A DNA stretch of 64,000 nt from Phoronis australis. Taxonomy: Eukaryota; Animalia; Phoronida. The DNA is taken from the NCBI GenBank assembly GCA_002633005.1, contig NMRA01000213.1, positions 103,892-167,891 of the forward strand, given 5' to 3'. Positions 27,501 through 40,100 of the stretch are shown piece by piece; within the stretch, counting starts at the first letter, position 1, and each line of letters begins with the position of its first letter. Below the pieces are notes generated by a model, which was not told where the DNA came from, searched no databases, and worked only from the letters and a program-made list of their open reading frames with translations. Position numbers and translations under genes: made by a program.

Positions 27501-30500
27501 TATCCTGTTTACTACCCGCTCCACGCATTTTTGACAGCAGAATCGCACTATTTGTCACCGCGACTTTATACCAAATGCAGACACCATTGATGAAGCACGC
27601 TATCGCAGGCACAGGCGCTTGAATTTATTTATTCCTCGATTACCGCTGACGTCACTCACTACTAAGAAAACATGTTTCTTATATATGGTTACGAGTCATC
27701 GGGAAATTCGAGCACCTGTGATCTGCAAGTACAGTTTCGTTCCTCCAAAACATAAAGAGCAGTTCCCGCTTTTCGAGTTGTCGGCAACGCTGCGGTGAGA
27801 AACCAATTTGCCGCGATAATTTTATGGCAAATCCAATTTTTTACGTGGAAATATAACAAAAATACACGGAGGGAATAAAAGAAAAAAGGGGAAATCCGCG
27901 TTTCCGCGGAAAATTCCAAGCTTTGCTAATTCATTTAAAACTCTATGAGAAAATGCTACGCAACAACTGACCTCTCTTATTGCACATGTGACTGCGGGCT
28001 CCTCCTCGTTAACTTTTCCTTTGGGAAATCCCCAACTGGATTTGTTCCAGAACCCTTGTACCAGGAGACACTGCAATACAACACAAATAGGTCAACCTGT
28101 AGTGGGGTTGTGATAAAATCTTAATTCAAGATACACAATGTGGCCGACAAGCGAAACTTAATTTTATCATTTTTCAAGAAACATAATATTTAGCACAAAA
28201 TTTAACGACATTTCTTGTTCAAGTTTTGTTCCACAGCTGCCATCAAACAAAGTTTTGAAAAATTGAAGGCATTTACAACAAGGTCAGAAGAAGCCCTTGA
28301 AATATTGAAAAAAGTTGTCTTTGGTAGTTATTTATGTTGGACATTAGTGAGACACTAACAGGTGGCAGTTGACTGGCATGATGTTCCCCTGAAACTACCA
28401 GAACGTTCCCCATCTGGAGTGTGTTCCTTAGAAAGATACTTTTTCATGTTGAGCTTTTTGCCTGAAGTTTTCAAAAAACATGCCCGTGAGACAATCTAAG
28501 TTCAAAGCTGATTGACTAAAAATAAATATTGAATTGGTCGTTTTACTCTAACACAATTCCTGTCTGTGATAGGATTTCATTTCTGATTCCAGCTCAAGCC
28601 TTAGCACATGCTTTCCCTCCCCACTTTAACATTTCCAAGTTAAGGGTAGGCGAATTTCAATAAAGTCAGATTAAGTGTTTAACCAAGTTACTGATGCATT
28701 TACTGTTCTTATTGGAGAACAAATTAGAACCCTACCATGCAAAGCAATGTTATGAGAAGCATTTTATGAGAGCAGGAGGTCTAACTGGATTTTCATTTTT
28801 TAGCCAGTTAAACAGGGAAAAATACAGATTTAATAATTAACAAGAAATGAAAATCACACGAATCTGAAAATTGCTGTCGAATTTGGCAGAAAAATACAAA
28901 AGACAGAGCATTTGAGAAAATCCTGAAGGCTCAGGTGGAGCAAGCGCGTGTGTGAAAACTGATTTCATAAAAAGTACACGCACATGTGTTAATGTGGGAT
29001 CCAACAAAATAGCACCATAGGTGGGCACAGCCAGCTTGTATGTCTTCCAGTCTTTGAGTATTTCTTCATAGTTGTCTGAGTGATCTTGTAGAAAGGGGCA
29101 ATGTTTGAATACTTGAGGCAGTTAAGGAGTACTCAGCATACAGCATGCGCTACGACTTACAAAATGTGACATAGAGTTCAAAGCAAGCACTACATATGGT
29201 ATTGTACAGGGCTCACTTTGCAGGTCGCCAAAGAGACCTCACAATTTGCTTGCCAACCCGGTAAAAATCCCTAGTAGCCATACAGACTGCCAGACTTGCT
29301 TGGCAAAAAGCATGCGTGCCAACAGTGACTCACGCACAGATAACATGTCTTGATCGCCTGGTTCTCAGGACTTTCCAGTCATTGATAATTTGTTATTAGT
29401 CGAAAATGGACAGCTAAAAAGTTGACAATGATCTTAACAAAGTAGAAATGACAGTTTTATTTCTGAATATTGAACTCAATAACGAGTTGGAATCGAATGA
29501 CATCAATTTATGTGCAAAAAGCTAAATGGCTTTAATTTGATTGGACACAAGCTGGCTCTGCCATATCAGATGGAATTGTGAGATATTGCATTAAACTGTC
29601 TAGGGATTCTAAAGGATACTTTGAGCTGAGAAGCTCTTGATGCCAATTGTCTTCAGTTCTGGTTGTCCAGTGCAATAAAAGTCCAGATAGAACCAGTGGG
29701 CCAACTCAATCTGGAAGAATATTCTAATCAGGCACTTGCGCTCCTCGTCAGGAAGGTTGATAATGAAGCGGCTGGAAAAACAGAAAAATGAAAATAATGA
29801 GTACAGTTTCTTTAAATTAGAACATTCTATGGCGGAACAATAAACTTGTATTTTATCAAAATTTTCAACAAGAACAAAAAGACAATTTTACGTCTTTACT
29901 TGAAAACTTGCTGGCCCAGGTAAACAAGTAAAGTATGGGTCGTGGCCACTGTGGGCGCTTACTTCAATCTTCTAGTACAAATCTCTAGTATACACCATAT
30001 AAGGAAAGAATCAGTGTGTATTTGTATTACAAAGTAGCATGTAGGTGCCGAAAGTCAAATACAGATGCGCAACCTCACCATTACATCACGCAGGTGTCGA
30101 TTGCAGTGACTGGCTGTTTCTTGACCTATGATTGGGATCGTGCATGTCTGACCCCTACTGAAGGTCAAGCACCAGGTCACATGCAATGAAGTAGTTTGCG
30201 TTTATTAAGAAAATTGTGACTTCCTGGTGTGAAGCAGTCGTACAGAGCCCCTCTAAATCGCTCGAAAAGTGGCACTTGCCTCATGGAAGAACAGTGTCAA
30301 AACAACGCTTGAAGCTCTCTCGGTGGAAACCCCTAGTTCCAGTATCATTGTTTGCAGGTTTTCCTACAAAGTACATGAGCTTGCGAGCCTCGTCAGAGTG
30401 GTAGGTTACCATGCGCTTCACATTGGGGGTATGCAGTATTCCCTTATTTACCTATGATGTATACTGAGGTATGTTCTAACAGTTTGAAATAAGCTCACAT

Positions 30501-30710
30501 GGCCATGCCTGGACTGTGGCTGCCAGTCACACAGACACAGGGCTCCGCTAATATTCAGTGATCAGCATCCAAAAGTGAAATTAACCATGTGGTGAGACAG
30601 TAGATAGCCCTTCACCTGCACAGATCGTCCAGGACATATTCTGGAATTATAAAACTATTCTGTCTGTCACCAGATAAAGTTGAGTGACTTTGGTCTTCTT
30701 TCCCGTCCAT
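21559..30710 (-). CDS. DCP2: mRNA-decapping enzyme 2 (Nudix hydrolase), 434 aa, 9 exons
   Basis: Exons 30710-30616, 29771-29620, 29111-28984, 28070-27972, 25834-25682, 24461-24349, 23446-23086, 22760-22697, 21698-21559 (1305 nt, phases consistent). Box A VLDDLCSRFIINLP..RIFFQIELAHWFYLDFY; VPTYGAILLD; Nudix box WGFPKGKVNEEE..CAIREVREETG; C-terminal AWLHFKFDVDKIMSCLS*. The exon 7/8 boundaries in the low-complexity region are less certain. Confidence 0.96.
25356..25501. mobile_element. Short MITE with 13-bp TIR (DCP2 intron 5)
   Basis: CATGGGCGGCGCA...TGCGCCGCCCATG perfect TIR; flanks TATAA/TACAA; internal duplicated segment gcactgaaaaaa..ggggcta..gccccc. Confidence 0.8.
26307..27925. mobile_element. 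Non-autonomous DNA transposon family B, long (~1.6 kb) copy in DCP2 intron 4
   Basis: Starts CAGGGCTTGGAATGACC and ends GGAAATCCGCGTTTCCGCGGAAAATTCCAAGCTTTG. Both ends match the 472-bp copy at 58564-59035. Flanks ACTAAT/CTAAT. Confidence 0.7.
29112..29619 (-). other. U12-type (minor spliceosome) GT-AG intron, DCP2 intron 2
   Basis: 5' splice site GTATCCTTT; branch site TCCTTAAC (29128-29121) 9 nt before the exon; no polypyrimidine tract. Confidence 0.93.
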
Positions 30711-31128
30711 TTCTAAACAAACCAACTTCAGCGCGCTCTGGCGAGAATACGGCTCGAAGGACCGATGTTAACTGAAATTTAATTGGACATGGGAATTTTA
30801 ATGTTTACTCAACTTTGGCATTTTTGGGACAATTTTTTGGGAATAATACAATAACTGTGACAATTTTTTGCTCTTTTATAATGAATTTAGGGCTAACCTT
30901 TGAATTTGTCTATATTTTAAGGGAAGAAAAAGGAAATGCGACAATTTACCTGATGAAAATAAGCCAATCACCGACACTGATTCATTTTGTGAACAAGTCT
31001 GTGTTTGTGCCTCTGCAATAACGACAGTAGATAAATATTTCAGCGCTTCAAAGATTTCTGAGATAATCGATGTTGTCTTATACGAAACAGCAATGGTATG
31101 AATGATGGGAGCTGGTGCAAAATAGAAA
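30711..31128. promoter_or_regulatory. Putative bidirectional promoter / 5'UTRs shared by DCP2 and SCAPER
   Basis: Only 418 bp lie between the divergent start codons. There is a CCAAT box (agccaatca ~30962). No TSS data. Confidence 0.6.
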
Positions 31129-34100
31129 ATGAGTGAGCAAAGACGCAAAAGGAACAATTCCAACATAAAAAGTCGATCGAGCAGTGGCGAAAGTTTGCAT
31201 AAACATTCTCCGACTGGCTCATCAGCGAAGAAGTCAAATTCAAAATCGAGCTCAAATGACAGCATTAGCAACGGGAACCAAAGTCAAAGAAATGGATCAG
31301 CTAAAGTATGTAATTACTGTGTAACTTTCATAAATTAGAAAGGTTATTAACATTGTGCAACTTTGACGCAAAGAAAATATGCTCTTGCCGTGTTCAGAGT
31401 GTTCTCCACCTTTTAAATTCTAATTTCTAAGCCAAGTTTCAGTGGCATACAGCCTTACACTCCCTTACAGGACTTGGAAGGTCTACTACATTAGCAGACC
31501 TGTCAAGTCTCATGCATCTCGCGTGAGTCTCACGCATTTGGCCACTGCCTCACGCACACACCCAAGCCTTAAGCTTTCTCACGCAAAATGGAATTTTTTG
31601 GTCATAAATTTTCAAAAACCTAGTTTTCTACGCTTATAAAATGTTTTTTTATTAATGTAATATGACTAGTTAAGTCTTATATTTTAGGATATATAAAGCT
31701 TGATAGTTAGTGAAAATATCGCCAGGAACCTCAAGCAAAATCTTAGCAAATTTGTCCAATCTCAAGCAAATTTTCCACCAATCCCCAGCAAAGTTGTTAT
31801 ACCCCTTTGGCAGGTCTGCATTAGTGAACACTTGATCATGAATGAACAGTGTTGAAAAATCCACAGGTAGCAAGACTCGGCATGTGAGCCTACCATCCGA
31901 ACCGATTGACCAACAAGAATCAATAGGATTTTCATCTTGCCATCTTCAAAAGCAATGTAGAGCTCTGACTTTATTGGACTGTGCGTCACAGTGTCACACT
32001 TGGAAGTCACGCAATATAACACTGTTTCCTCTTCCTTGGAACAGGCACATGTCTCCTGGCTACATTTCACTCGCACCTTTAACGTCTTGGTATTTTGCCC
32101 TCAGCAACGCTCTCTTAGTGTCCTAAATGTTCTGAATCCACCATTATCAGACTAGCACCCTCCATCCCCCACCAAAAATATTTCAGATTTTCATGGGTTG
32201 ATCTTACTTTAGTTGGTAACCATGCAATGTTGAAAAACCACTTGTAACAATTAAGATTCGAACTGGGTTTGTTGGGTGTGATGCAGATCGATCAACCAAG
32301 AGGCAATTGCCACTTGGCAAGCAATTTGGAGAGTCTAATGGATTGTACATAATTGAAAGTCACATGACATAATAATCCACTTTTGTACTGCTGGAGCTAA
32401 ACCCCACTATTGAGTAGCGAGCAATGTAGAAAAATGTGTGACTGTACAATATAAACCAGATAAGTCGATCGATACCACACTCCCCCTTTTGCAAGAAAGG
32501 TGCGACACCTGGGTTTTTATCTCAGTCATGCTCGTGGTATTCTGGAATTTACTCTTAGCAACACTCTCGCTGTAGATCTACAACCACACTGCCACTTTCA
32601 CCAGCTGCCACTTCGAAGACTTACATACTAGTACATTAAGGACCTTCAATGCCGCGATTTTTGGGGCAACTGTCAACCTCATTCCACTCTCATAAATATT
32701 TGAAAATCACACCAAATTTCCGTATCCAGGACCAAAATTCCAGTCAAAGAATACAAAATATCCCCCATCTTCAGGTTCACTTCGAAACCAGACTGTCTGC
32801 ACAGCATCAGAAGGTTCGCACTTCCCCCGTGACTTCACCATTTGCACAGTCATGCTTTGCTGTGGAAGACAGGGTCCGGTTTAGTTTATTGAAAGTTTAG
32901 GGGTGTTCACGTGTATAGTATTCAACAAAGAACAATTTATGCCAATCCAATTCCATAAAAAACAAAAATTTGCCAAGTTGACTACCCTATGCAGTGTAAT
33001 GCCGCACTCTATTAGTAGTTTTGGCTACTTTAGGTAGGGAGCGACAAGGGAGGGGTGATGCCGTTAGGGAGGTTTGCCGAATCTCACCTTCTAGGTCATG
33101 AGCATTTTCATTTGGCCTTTTAAAAGCAGTGGAAAAATGCAACCTTTTGCAATAAAGGGGTATCATCCAGCACGTAGTGCATTTGAATTGGAAGAACAAT
33201 TTTTCATAGATGTCTATTTGTTAACTATGATTTTGCTTGTTGACAGCCTTCCATTCAGAGGACTACAAGCCATGACCGAGTGAGGAAAATTGTTCAAAAG
33301 GAGGGTCGAGCTGCTCGTAACCTGATTGCCTGGAGCGTTCCTGTCGATGATGAAGTCGAAACAAGTGGTAACTGATTTGAAATATGGCTGCTGTGACCTG
33401 TTCAGGATTTCGTAACTGATCCCGTGCAGAAATTATACAATACGAGCACTGATACAGATTTGAATTTTCCAAATCGCAGCGATCAAGGAGTGCTATACTC
33501 AGTGATAGTTGAGGCAGTAGGTTTAGCCTAAGAAGCGAATAAGTGAACTCTGCTTGGTCCAGTCATGCAAAATCAGAGATCATGAAGTTGTGTTGTCACG
33601 CAAATCTCTCAAATGATTACTATTTAAAAAGAGATTTATATTCAAAGATAGTGTCGTATGTGGCACTCAGTATGAACCAATTTGTATTTCATCATATTTG
33701 TGACTTGTTAAAAAACACTTATCAATTGTAATTTTTTTTTAAATTAGTAAAGTTGAGCAAACGCCATTCCATTTGAGATGTGAAGGCATTGTAGCTGAAT
33801 GGAAGATCAAAGATTCAGTTCTGTCCATTCCACACTGCTAGATGTTTGAGAACGGTCTTCTGCTCCCTAACTGACGTATCAGTTTCTTACTGTTACCTTC
33901 TCGTATACATATTCATGTACTGGTAATGTTAAAAAACTGTTCTACAAAAACTGTATGTCCAAAAGTTATGTACAAGATGAACAAGTCCTAATTTTAAAAA
34001 AGGACATAATCTATAGTAATGTAAGAGTTGTTAGTCCTAATGACAAACTCGATGTAATTATTTATTACAAGAATATGAAGACCTCTAATTTAGTGATGAG

Positions 34101-37100
34101 AAACAATAAGTCATGAGAAGGTCCGCACTGTTGCTAGTTGTAATGTTGTTTATGAGTTTACTTGTCCCGCGGTCAAATGTTTTCGTCCTCATCAGAAACA
34201 AAATTACATTGGGCACACAGTATGTTCCTTGTCACGACGACTTTCAATGCATTTACAAAACGGCTCCATAAAAGACCATTTTCAAAATGTTCATGGTCGC
34301 AAGATAACTCGTCAGGAGATTGTCGACAATACAGTCATTAGATACATTGAAAATGATGCACACAGGTTACGAACATTAGAGTCGCTTCTAATAATGTTTG
34401 AAAAACCCAGTTTGAACGAACAGCTAACTTGAACTCGAAGGACTCTTATTTAGGTGATCTGTAGATTATGTTGCACAGCAACGTATACATATTTATATAT
34501 GTATTTATTGTCATAGTTGCGCATGCCAACTTCACGCGTTATATTGCATTTGTCATTTCTGATGTGCACTTCACTGTGAACTAGGTGCAAATAGTAACCT
34601 GAAGATGAGACACGTGTCTCGAAATATCGCTTTTTAAATTATGTTACCTACTGATGTCGTTTGGATTTTTATTGCACTATTGTGATGTAAGGACAAGATC
34701 TCTATTTATAGAGTTGGAAAGAACTGAAATTAAACTAGTAAAAACAGATCATAGTCGGGTCTTCAATGAAATATGTATACAAGAAAGATTACTGCTAAAT
34801 TATAGTGACTGTAACCTTCGTGTATATCCATATACAAGCTGTGTATGTGCAGCAGTACCATCCAAAAGTATTTGTAGACAAAATAACCCAGAATTCCCTG
34901 TCATGACTACTGGGCAGAAGGCGAATACACTCATCAGAGTAGGCTTCCCTCTTGACTGAGAATGAAGGAGAATTAAGAAGAAAATTAGAAAAGTGACTTC
35001 GTCACCTGTAATTATAATTTTACCATCCTAATATTTATTAATTACCAATAATTTTCACTGTTAAGATAATTAGCTGCCACGACAGCAAAATAGTATGTTG
35101 TCTGATTACTTTTTTCTAGTACTGTATGTATAATTTGAAGAGTGCTTGGATAGTTTCAGATGGCAAGGGACTGGAAATGTAACATAGTCAAATAATGAAT
35201 CAAATAATATTTATCTCTCTTTTCCAGTTCCTCCTAAATCCAAGCCGCAGTCCCCTCGTAAAACCCAGAAGAGTCTTCTGATCAAAGCCAACCTCAAGGC
35301 TGCCGCTTTGACAGACGACGCGTCCTCCGTCAAGTCCGGCAGTCGACCTTCCAGTGTCAATTCCCTGAGTAGTAGGAAGGGGGATGTACGGGCCCGTTAC
35401 TGGGCGTTCCTGTTTGACAACCTGCAGAGGGCAGTAGATGAGATCTACAACACGTGTGAGGCGGATGAGAGCGAGGTCGAATGCAAGGTAACGTCACTTT
35501 GGCTCTGTGAATGAAGCAAACATTGGATGTAAACACTGAATCTAATGCAGTCTTACAATCCATTTTGTTTGGCAGCAATAACCTGAAACAATGCCGTTGA
35601 CTAAAATTTCGCTTTTTCATTGTAGTGCGCAAAGTTTTTAATGTGATGGCAGTTTCTGTTTCTGCTGCTCATTTCTGTATTTAACCAGGGAACTCATTTG
35701 GTAAGCTCAAGTAGAAAACAACACACTTGTCTCCCACGAGAACCTGCCAAGCTCACAAACACATACATTTGAATTAGCATATTATTGAGCAACAAGATTG
35801 GAAATATTTAAAAATTAAAATAAATAGCAAGGATGAAACAGTTTGAAGTGAGACTTATTAAAACGTTGTTGATGTTGAATTTTTAAAAATATTTCACATA
35901 TAATTAGCACAGCACTTGTTAGTAAACAATAAATCATTCATAAAGTTTGTAACAACCCAGGCATTTAGTTTCTGTTCCTTGCTTACACTTTTTTGTGTGA
36001 AGGCCACATTTCCTTTTACCGGCGGTTCCAGTTCTAGCTCTCTATTCGGTAGTGGTTGAATATTTTCAAAATATATGCAGTGGTGCTTTTTGCTTTGAAT
36101 TAATAACTTTCCATTTCAGGAAGTGATTATGCTGCTGGAACAGTGCACAAAAGATTTCAAGTCGCTGATTGAAAGGCTCCATCTATTGGCACAGTACGAG
36201 ACCGCAAAAGAGGGTGGTAAAAGGTGATTGTCTTCGCAATGACTTACCTAGTGCTGCTAGCTCAAGCACTACCTGCGACGGTTTCTGTAACGCATGATAT
36301 TGCCGAGAAATTTTTGTTGTTGAACAAAAATAACATTTTAACCTGCAGTTTTCTTCCCAAGTTCAATATTTTAGCTTCACAACTCATGTGATAGCCTTTT
36401 TACTAGTGTACATGGTCGGTAGCTCAGGTGTGATGTCGCCAAACCAGCATGAAACTCGCTATAGGGAATGCACCCCAGCCTTTTTCACAATAGGGTTTTC
36501 TGCTTTTCTGTTAGTCTTATCATATTATATAGACTGCAATACTCTCATTTGAAAGATTATTTGTGTGCCATTCAATGGGAGTGTCTGTGCAACTATAGTT
36601 TTATCCAGAATACAAAATCTGAAAGTCTTAGACAATTTTACTGCTTAGTTCTGTTTTTTTAAATGAAACATGACTTTTTGTTTCCTGTCTAAATATTAGT
36701 TTTCAACCGGTTTTGGGCAATAAGTACTTATTAGGGTCCTGAATTTTGAGAACCAGTTTCGTGCCTGTTATTCAGTTGGGAAACTGGTTCTCTAAGTTCT
36801 GTATTGCTGGTTTAGAGTATAGAGATTTGGAAACCGATGAATAGATTTACATGCATAAGCATTTTGTAATGACAGCATTCGCTGTGAATATGTAATGGAC
36901 GTGATTGTCAGAAATTGAAAGGTATTTCGAAGTCCAGTATACATGGTTTTGTAACTGTCAACAAAGTCAATTCTTTCTACAAATTGCAGTTTCTCGAAAT
37001 TTTTGCTCTGGTTCGGTTCTAGTTATATTCTCACTTTGTTATTCATCTGTCCTTTGCCACATCCTGCTCATCATTTGCATGTCGGTTCTCTTGTGAGTGC

Positions 37101-40100
37101 GGCAAATTTTTAGGGATATGGCAATTCTTAACCAATAGCACACAATGTGGCGGACTGGTGAAATTCTATTTTGTCTAATGTCATCAAAAAATAAAGAATA
37201 AGAAAATGTTAGTCATGGCGTGGTTTGTACTTTGTAGATGTCATAAAACAGCGTTCGGTGAATTTAACATTATTGACGAAAGTAAAGTAATATGTCTTCT
37301 AAATAAAAAAGACAATTTTGGCAATTATTTTTGTGCAAAATACATAGAGAATTGCTTTTAATTAGCTTGGTCTTAATTTTTCGACAAAGCAATTGTTTTG
37401 TTTAATGTCTTTACAACTTAATGGGAATTTTTAATCAAGATTTTTTGTGCTGTTGTTCTGCATAATTCTAATGGTAGCAAATTTAATTTCAGACCCACTT
37501 CCCTGGCATGGGAGGTTCGTAAAACGTCCCCTGGAAAAAGTTTTTTGCCTGGTGGCGGTGACCGCAATACTCCCAGCCCTGCAGCGCAGAGGTGTCTCAA
37601 TTTTGCCCTAGAGTCCCCTCGCAACACCCCTACACCTCCGTTCCTCAACAGCTGGGCGGACCGTGTGAGGGGCCTTGCTCCTCCACCCCTGAAGATCCCC
37701 GTGGTCTCTCAACCTCCTGTAGATGCAGTTAAGCCCTCTCCCACAAAACCAACACCACCTGAAGGTAAAAGTTTTATCATCTATTTGTTGTGAATTTGTG
37801 TTGCAAATAATTTGGAAACAGTTGCGCCTTCAAATGAATGAGTTTGGTGACTTAGATTAGACTTACTTTGTGTTTTGTCTATCAAAACTAAATCGTTGTG
37901 GACATTAGAATAATCTTTTGATGTTAGTGGGTGATATAGATTCAAAAGCCTTTGACATGTGTTTGAGTTTGACTCGATTCAAAAGACATATTTCGATGTT
38001 GAGAAGCAAGACCGACTCCAAAGTGAACATACTTTAAATTGCAATGTGAACAAGGACCAGAGAACTATTGGGCACCAACTTTATCACTTCAGGAATATTG
38101 TGTGTAGGGTCAGAAGAACTGAATAGAGAAGTGTTGATTTGAATTTGTTAATTAGACAACAATGTGGTATTTGCTCGACTTTGGGGTAATGTTTTTATTT
38201 GACTTATTGTATACTGTGTGAATTGGCTGTTATATATGCAACTTTCTGAGCATTAACTCAAAGAGGTTGTTCAACATAACACTGTGGCTTTTATAATTTT
38301 CAACTTTAGCGTCTACCCTCAGTATTAGTCTGAACAAATATGGCATTAAGAAAAACAGTTAAAATTGTTAACTCTTGTTGTGCAGCTGATCAAGATGAAG
38401 GCGAAGGTTGGGAAACAGTCGGGCGTAAGACACGTAGCAAGAGTTCCCCAACCGCTGGCACACCACCTTCAAAGAACACCTACAGACATGGTAGACACAA
38501 AAATGGATCTAATAAACCCACCACCCAGACTGGAGGTGGTGGTGGTGCGGGCCAACGAAGCAATCAGCTCTCCAAGAAGGGAGACAAGAACCAGTCTAGT
38601 CAGGTCCTGAAGCCGCTCACAGTGCAAGTGGGTAACCATGGTGATGGAAAGACGATGTCCTACAGCGACGTCGCGCGTAACCGTCTCGGCAACCAAGTCC
38701 CGTCGCCAGGTCGAGAGAGGGCGCTCAGTGGTGATAGTGCGTGGACTTTACCGTCACCGAAGCAAATACACACCACAAAAAGTTTGCCCGCCATTAACAG
38801 CGAGGATCACTCACCTAGCTCACCGCAGAAACTCAAAGCATCGGTCTCACATGATCACACATCCTTAGTCAGTAGACAGGAACTGAATGACCCCAGTATC
38901 ATCGAGGTCGGCGTAAAGGAGAAACGAGTCTCGACACCTGACGGGAAAACAAACGGAGGCCTACTGCTGACGGCGCTTCCCCAGAGAGCAGACAATGGTG
39001 CTGCCCCTTGTGGACAAGACGTTAACGATTCTGATGATGAATTACTAGCAGCCCAACTACAAAGTGTAAGCATTTTAGCGTCATAGTAAATTTTTCTTCC
39101 TACGCCTTTCAAAGTATGTTTTCCTATGCGATTGGTTTCTAAGGTGGCCAAATGTTTTATAGTGGGTGACATTTTTGAAGGTTCTCTTCTTGGCTGATGA
39201 CCAGATGAGACAAAACTGTTCTAGAATAAAAGATCATATATGCTGTAATAGTTACATATTGGAAAACAATAACTAAAAGTTTGCTTTAGACCTTTTTGCA
39301 TATTTTCAGTTATAGGAAATTTTGTAAGGGCTGTTCCAGTAAAATCCGTGTGGGAGGGGGGGGACGGCAGTAGAAATAAAAATTCATGGGTGGTGGTCTT
39401 CAGAAAAAAACTCAAATTATGGGTGGTCGTTCCTGTAACAAGTGATGCATTAAAAATGGGTGGTATTTTTGACCTGTTAATGTTGACAGGTTGGTAACTT
39501 CAGCCATCTAAACTAAAAAAAAATGCAATTGGCATATATCCTAACTTATCCCAATACAAAAAAAGCCCATATTGCCAGTGAACAGAGTGCAATATGTTCA
39601 CTAAGCCAATAATCAAGTCATGGGCAACTTGATTTGAGCCAACTGTTTGTCTGCAGTCCTATTGAATTGAAAAGTTATGCAACACTAAACTGGTGTTAAC
39701 ACATATAAGAAAATTGATGATTTTTAAATAAAAAGTATGAGGAGTAAGATAAACAAGTTCCAATATTCACTTGACATAGAAGTATAAAAGAGTTCGTGGA
39801 GACAGTTTGAGATTCATAGATCCTTATAATTGAAAAAATGTTCATTGAAATTATAGACACATGGTTAACAGAGACACCTGGTGGCTGCCAAAAGTATTGC
39901 TCACAGGCTACTTTAGTTTTTGACAATATTGGACAAGACAACTAGTTCTTGTCTGTCAATCATCTAAGTTCTTAACAGGTCCTCCTGTAGGCAATTTGTT
40001 TGCAAGTGTTGGATTTTAAATTTAACCTATTAAAAATAATTAAAAAATTATGGGTCATGGGTTGGAGAAATAAATGAAAATCATGGGCGGTGGGTACAAA

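Noticed and set aside
32500-32900. Possible RTE-like LINE fragment on minus strand
   Set aside because: Only vague peptide resemblance; too degenerate to support.
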